From Ignicoccus pacificus DSM 13166 (GTDB lineage: Archaea; Thermoproteota; Thermoprotei_A; Sulfolobales; Ignicoccaceae), in contig CP006868.1 of the NCBI GenBank assembly GCA_025340205.1, forward strand, positions 420,001-452,000: 32,000 bases of DNA, given 5' to 3'. The position numbers were made by a program, and so were the translations under genes. A model generated the notes under the pieces. The model searched no databases. It worked only from the letters and a program-made list of their open reading frames with translations, and was not told the DNA's origin. Positions 30,497-32,000 of this stretch are shown one piece after another (the first letter of the stretch is position 1; each line of letters opens with the position of its first letter).

Positions 30497-31654
30497 TTGA
30501 GGATAGTGCCCCTGGAGGAGATAGCGGCGAGAGCTTTAAACAACGTGGTCAAGGGAAGAAGCCTCAAGAGCTACTTGGAAAGAGAGTATAGAAGACTGGG
30601 AATACCGGACAGAGCTAGGCCGGTGTTGGTCGGCCTAGTATCGAACGTGGCTAGGAGGTGGATGGTCCTCTCTTATCTGCTCGAGGAGGAGAGGGAGAGG
30701 CCTCCTAAGGGCTTCTCCAAGTGGCTCAAGCTGGTAATAGCCTACCAAGCCGTCTTCAGGAAGGTGCCCTATGAGAAGCTGAAGGTGAAGGCTGAGAAAG
30801 AGTGGTACGAAGAGATGCTGAAGGTGGAGCCGGAGGATCTGGAGAGGGAGTTCGGACCTAGGGTGTTTAGAAGCGTTCCCAAGTGGGCGTGGAGGGAGAT
30901 AGCGAAGGTAGCTGAGCCGATAGCCTTTGTAGACTCCTTGGACTTTAGGGAACACTTCTGGATAAGGGTGAGAGATCCGAAGGTAATCAAGAGGTTAAAG
31001 GAGCTGCGATTGGAGCTGGAGGAGAGCGAGCTCCCGGACGTCTTCAAGGCAAAGGGCCCAATGAGGGTCCTCATAACTACTAAGCTCCACCCCAAGAAGG
31101 TAATAATAATGGAGAAGGCCTCCGCGTGGATAGCTCACTTGACCGAGGGAAAGGTATTAGACCTAACCTCAGCCCCGGGAGGGAAGGCCTTACACGCTCA
31201 AGATCTGGGAAGGATTGTAGTAGCCAACGACATAGACCCGAAGAGGTTTGCCTTCAGGGAGATAGAGAGGGTGGCGGGAGACGCTAGAAGGGGTCCCTTC
31301 AGGAGGGCCTTTGACACGGTAATCCTAGACCCGGACTGCACCGGAATAGGTAGGTTGCACTCGCCCGAAAGCAGGCTGTGGTTGGCTATGACGAGTAAGG
31401 AAAAGATGGCGGAGTACCAAAGGGAGCTCATAAGGGCTTCAATCAAGTACTTGAAGAAGGGAGGAAGGTTGATCTACAGCACTTGTACCATAACCTACGA
31501 GGAAAATGAAGGTCATGAAAAGTTAATGAATGAATTAGGTTTGAGAGCCGTAGAGGTGGAGGTGGCCTCCCCGGGGTTCAAGAGAGGTTGGAGGAGGTTC
31601 TTGCCGAACGTCCACGGGACCATAGGCTTTACTTTGACTGTTCATGAGTTTTGA
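30497..31654 (+). CDS. NOL1/NOP2/Sun-family RNA (cytosine-C5) methyltransferase
   Basis: VLDLTSAPGGKALH is the SAM motif I, ILDPDCTGIG is motif IV with its Cys, and LIYSTCTITYEENE is motif VI (TC). The start is placed at TTG 30497 (or GTG 30506) because the ORF-track start at 30353 overlaps the divergent THUMP gene by 105 nt. Confidence 0.85.
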   Translation: MRIVPLEEIAARALNNVVKGRSLKSYLEREYRRLGIPDRARPVLVGLVSNVARRWMVLSYLLEEERERPPKGFSKWLKLVIAYQAVFRKVPYEKLKVKAEKEWYEEMLKVEPEDLEREFGPRVFRSVPKWAWREIAKVAEPIAFVDSLDFREHFWIRVRDPKVIKRLKELRLELEESELPDVFKAKGPMRVLITTKLHPKKVIIMEKASAWIAHLTEGKVLDLTSAPGGKALHAQDLGRIVVANDIDPKRFAFREIERVAGDARRGPFRRAFDTVILDPDCTGIGRLHSPESRLWLAMTSKEKMAEYQRELIRASIKYLKKGGRLIYSTCTITYEENEGHEKLMNELGLRAVEVEVASPGFKRGWRRFLPNVHGTIGFTLTVHEF

Positions 31655-31863
31655 GATTATTCTTCTTAATGATTATCTATATTCTCATATTAGGTTCCTT
31701 TTCGAAGATATGAGGTAGTGTACATATAGTATCACCACTCAATAGAGTTTTCCTGGGGATACTATGGAGAAGGTCTATTTCATTCCCTTCGAGAACCCTC
31801 CCATAGAGTGGGGAGACAGCTGGATGGGCGCGGCCGCTTGAAGGTCCGGTTGATTCGTTAAGC

Positions 31864-32000
31864 TCAGACCTCTCCCAAGCTCAGCTTTATCTTATCTTTG
31901 ATCTTTCCATAGAACCACATGTCCTTAGGCCTGACCACGTGGAGGTCTATTGGATAGTCCAAGGGAAGGCCGTAGGAGAAGGCCTTATCCACTATCCTCA
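31864..32000 (-). CDS. C-terminal part of a second minimal nucleotidyltransferase (MNT) gene, cut by the window edge
   Basis: The minus-strand translation is RIVDKAFSYGLPLDYPIDLHVVRPKDMWFYGKIKDKIKLSLGEV*. It parallels KAFQKGVPLDYPLNLHMYNKKDFKEV of the MNT at 12651..12980. Confidence 0.55.
   Translation of the reverse strand, partial: RIVDKAFSYGLPLDYPIDLHVVRPKDMWFYGKIKDKIKLSLGEV

Noticed and set aside
21132-31446. Remaining short overlapping ORFs: 21132, 22124, 23324, 23511, 25486, 25613, 27024, 27213, 27598, 30072, 30635, 30769 and 31198
   Set aside because: Each is nested in or antisense to a longer gene with clear family motifs. None has independent support.
31764-31841. 25-codon + strand ORF (MEKVYFIPFENPPIEWGDSWMGAAA) and a minus-strand ORF in the 31655-31863 spacer, considered as a HEPN partner of the edge MNT gene
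   Set aside because: They are too short, show no HEPN-like pattern and have no SD-like motif.
1-32000. Search by eye for tRNA or rRNA genes, IS elements, transposases, integrases and terminal inverted repeats flanking the AT-rich islands
   Set aside because: None was recognised. The AT-rich islands have no detectable flanking direct or inverted repeats or att-like tRNA fragments, so no mobile element is called. A computational scan (tRNAscan-SE, ISEScan) would be needed for certainty.

Overview
This looks like an archaeal chromosomal window from a hyperthermophile, probably Crenarchaeota/Thermoproteota-like. The evidence is AGG/AAG/GAG-rich codon use, GGTGA-type Shine-Dalgarno motifs before operon-internal genes, tightly packed and overlapping genes, and a very GC-rich structural RNA in a roughly 50% GC background. 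All calls come from reading the sequence and the ORF track by eye; no database search was run.

Contents in order:
1. The 3' part of a type III-B CRISPR effector operon, cmr4 (cut by the window edge), cmr5, cmr1 and cmr6.
2. A PIN-toxin gene bracketed by two paralogous small genes.
3. Housekeeping genes: hisF, purT, map, a KH/Dim2-like protein, RNase P RNA, topoisomerase IA, argC/lysY, an HMG-CoA synthase / thiolase-like / DUF35 mevalonate operon, a THUMP protein and a NOL1/NOP2/Sun RNA methyltransferase.
4. Small accessory islets between them: a DUF3800-like gene plus a HEPN-MNT pair, a second frameshifted DUF3800 gene, and a second MNT gene at the window end.
5. A strongly AT-rich island encoding a 740-aa internally duplicated (2 x 7-blade) beta-propeller protein.
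6. A metallophosphoesterase operon that abuts an AT-rich leader and a small decaying CRISPR array (4 intact and 3 degenerate repeats).

Most unusual observations:
- The operonic thiolase-like protein has Asp where the nucleophilic Cys should be.
- The AT-rich tandem-propeller gene lies downstream of the CRISPR-adjacent phosphoesterase operon.
- The small-gene / PIN / small-gene cassette lies next to cmr6.
- A large surface protein has a Thr/Val/Ile/Tyr-only module of about 245 aa and a PEP-CTERM-like tail.
- Several structured GC-rich elements sit at gene ends.

No tRNA, rRNA, transposase or integrase was recognised.
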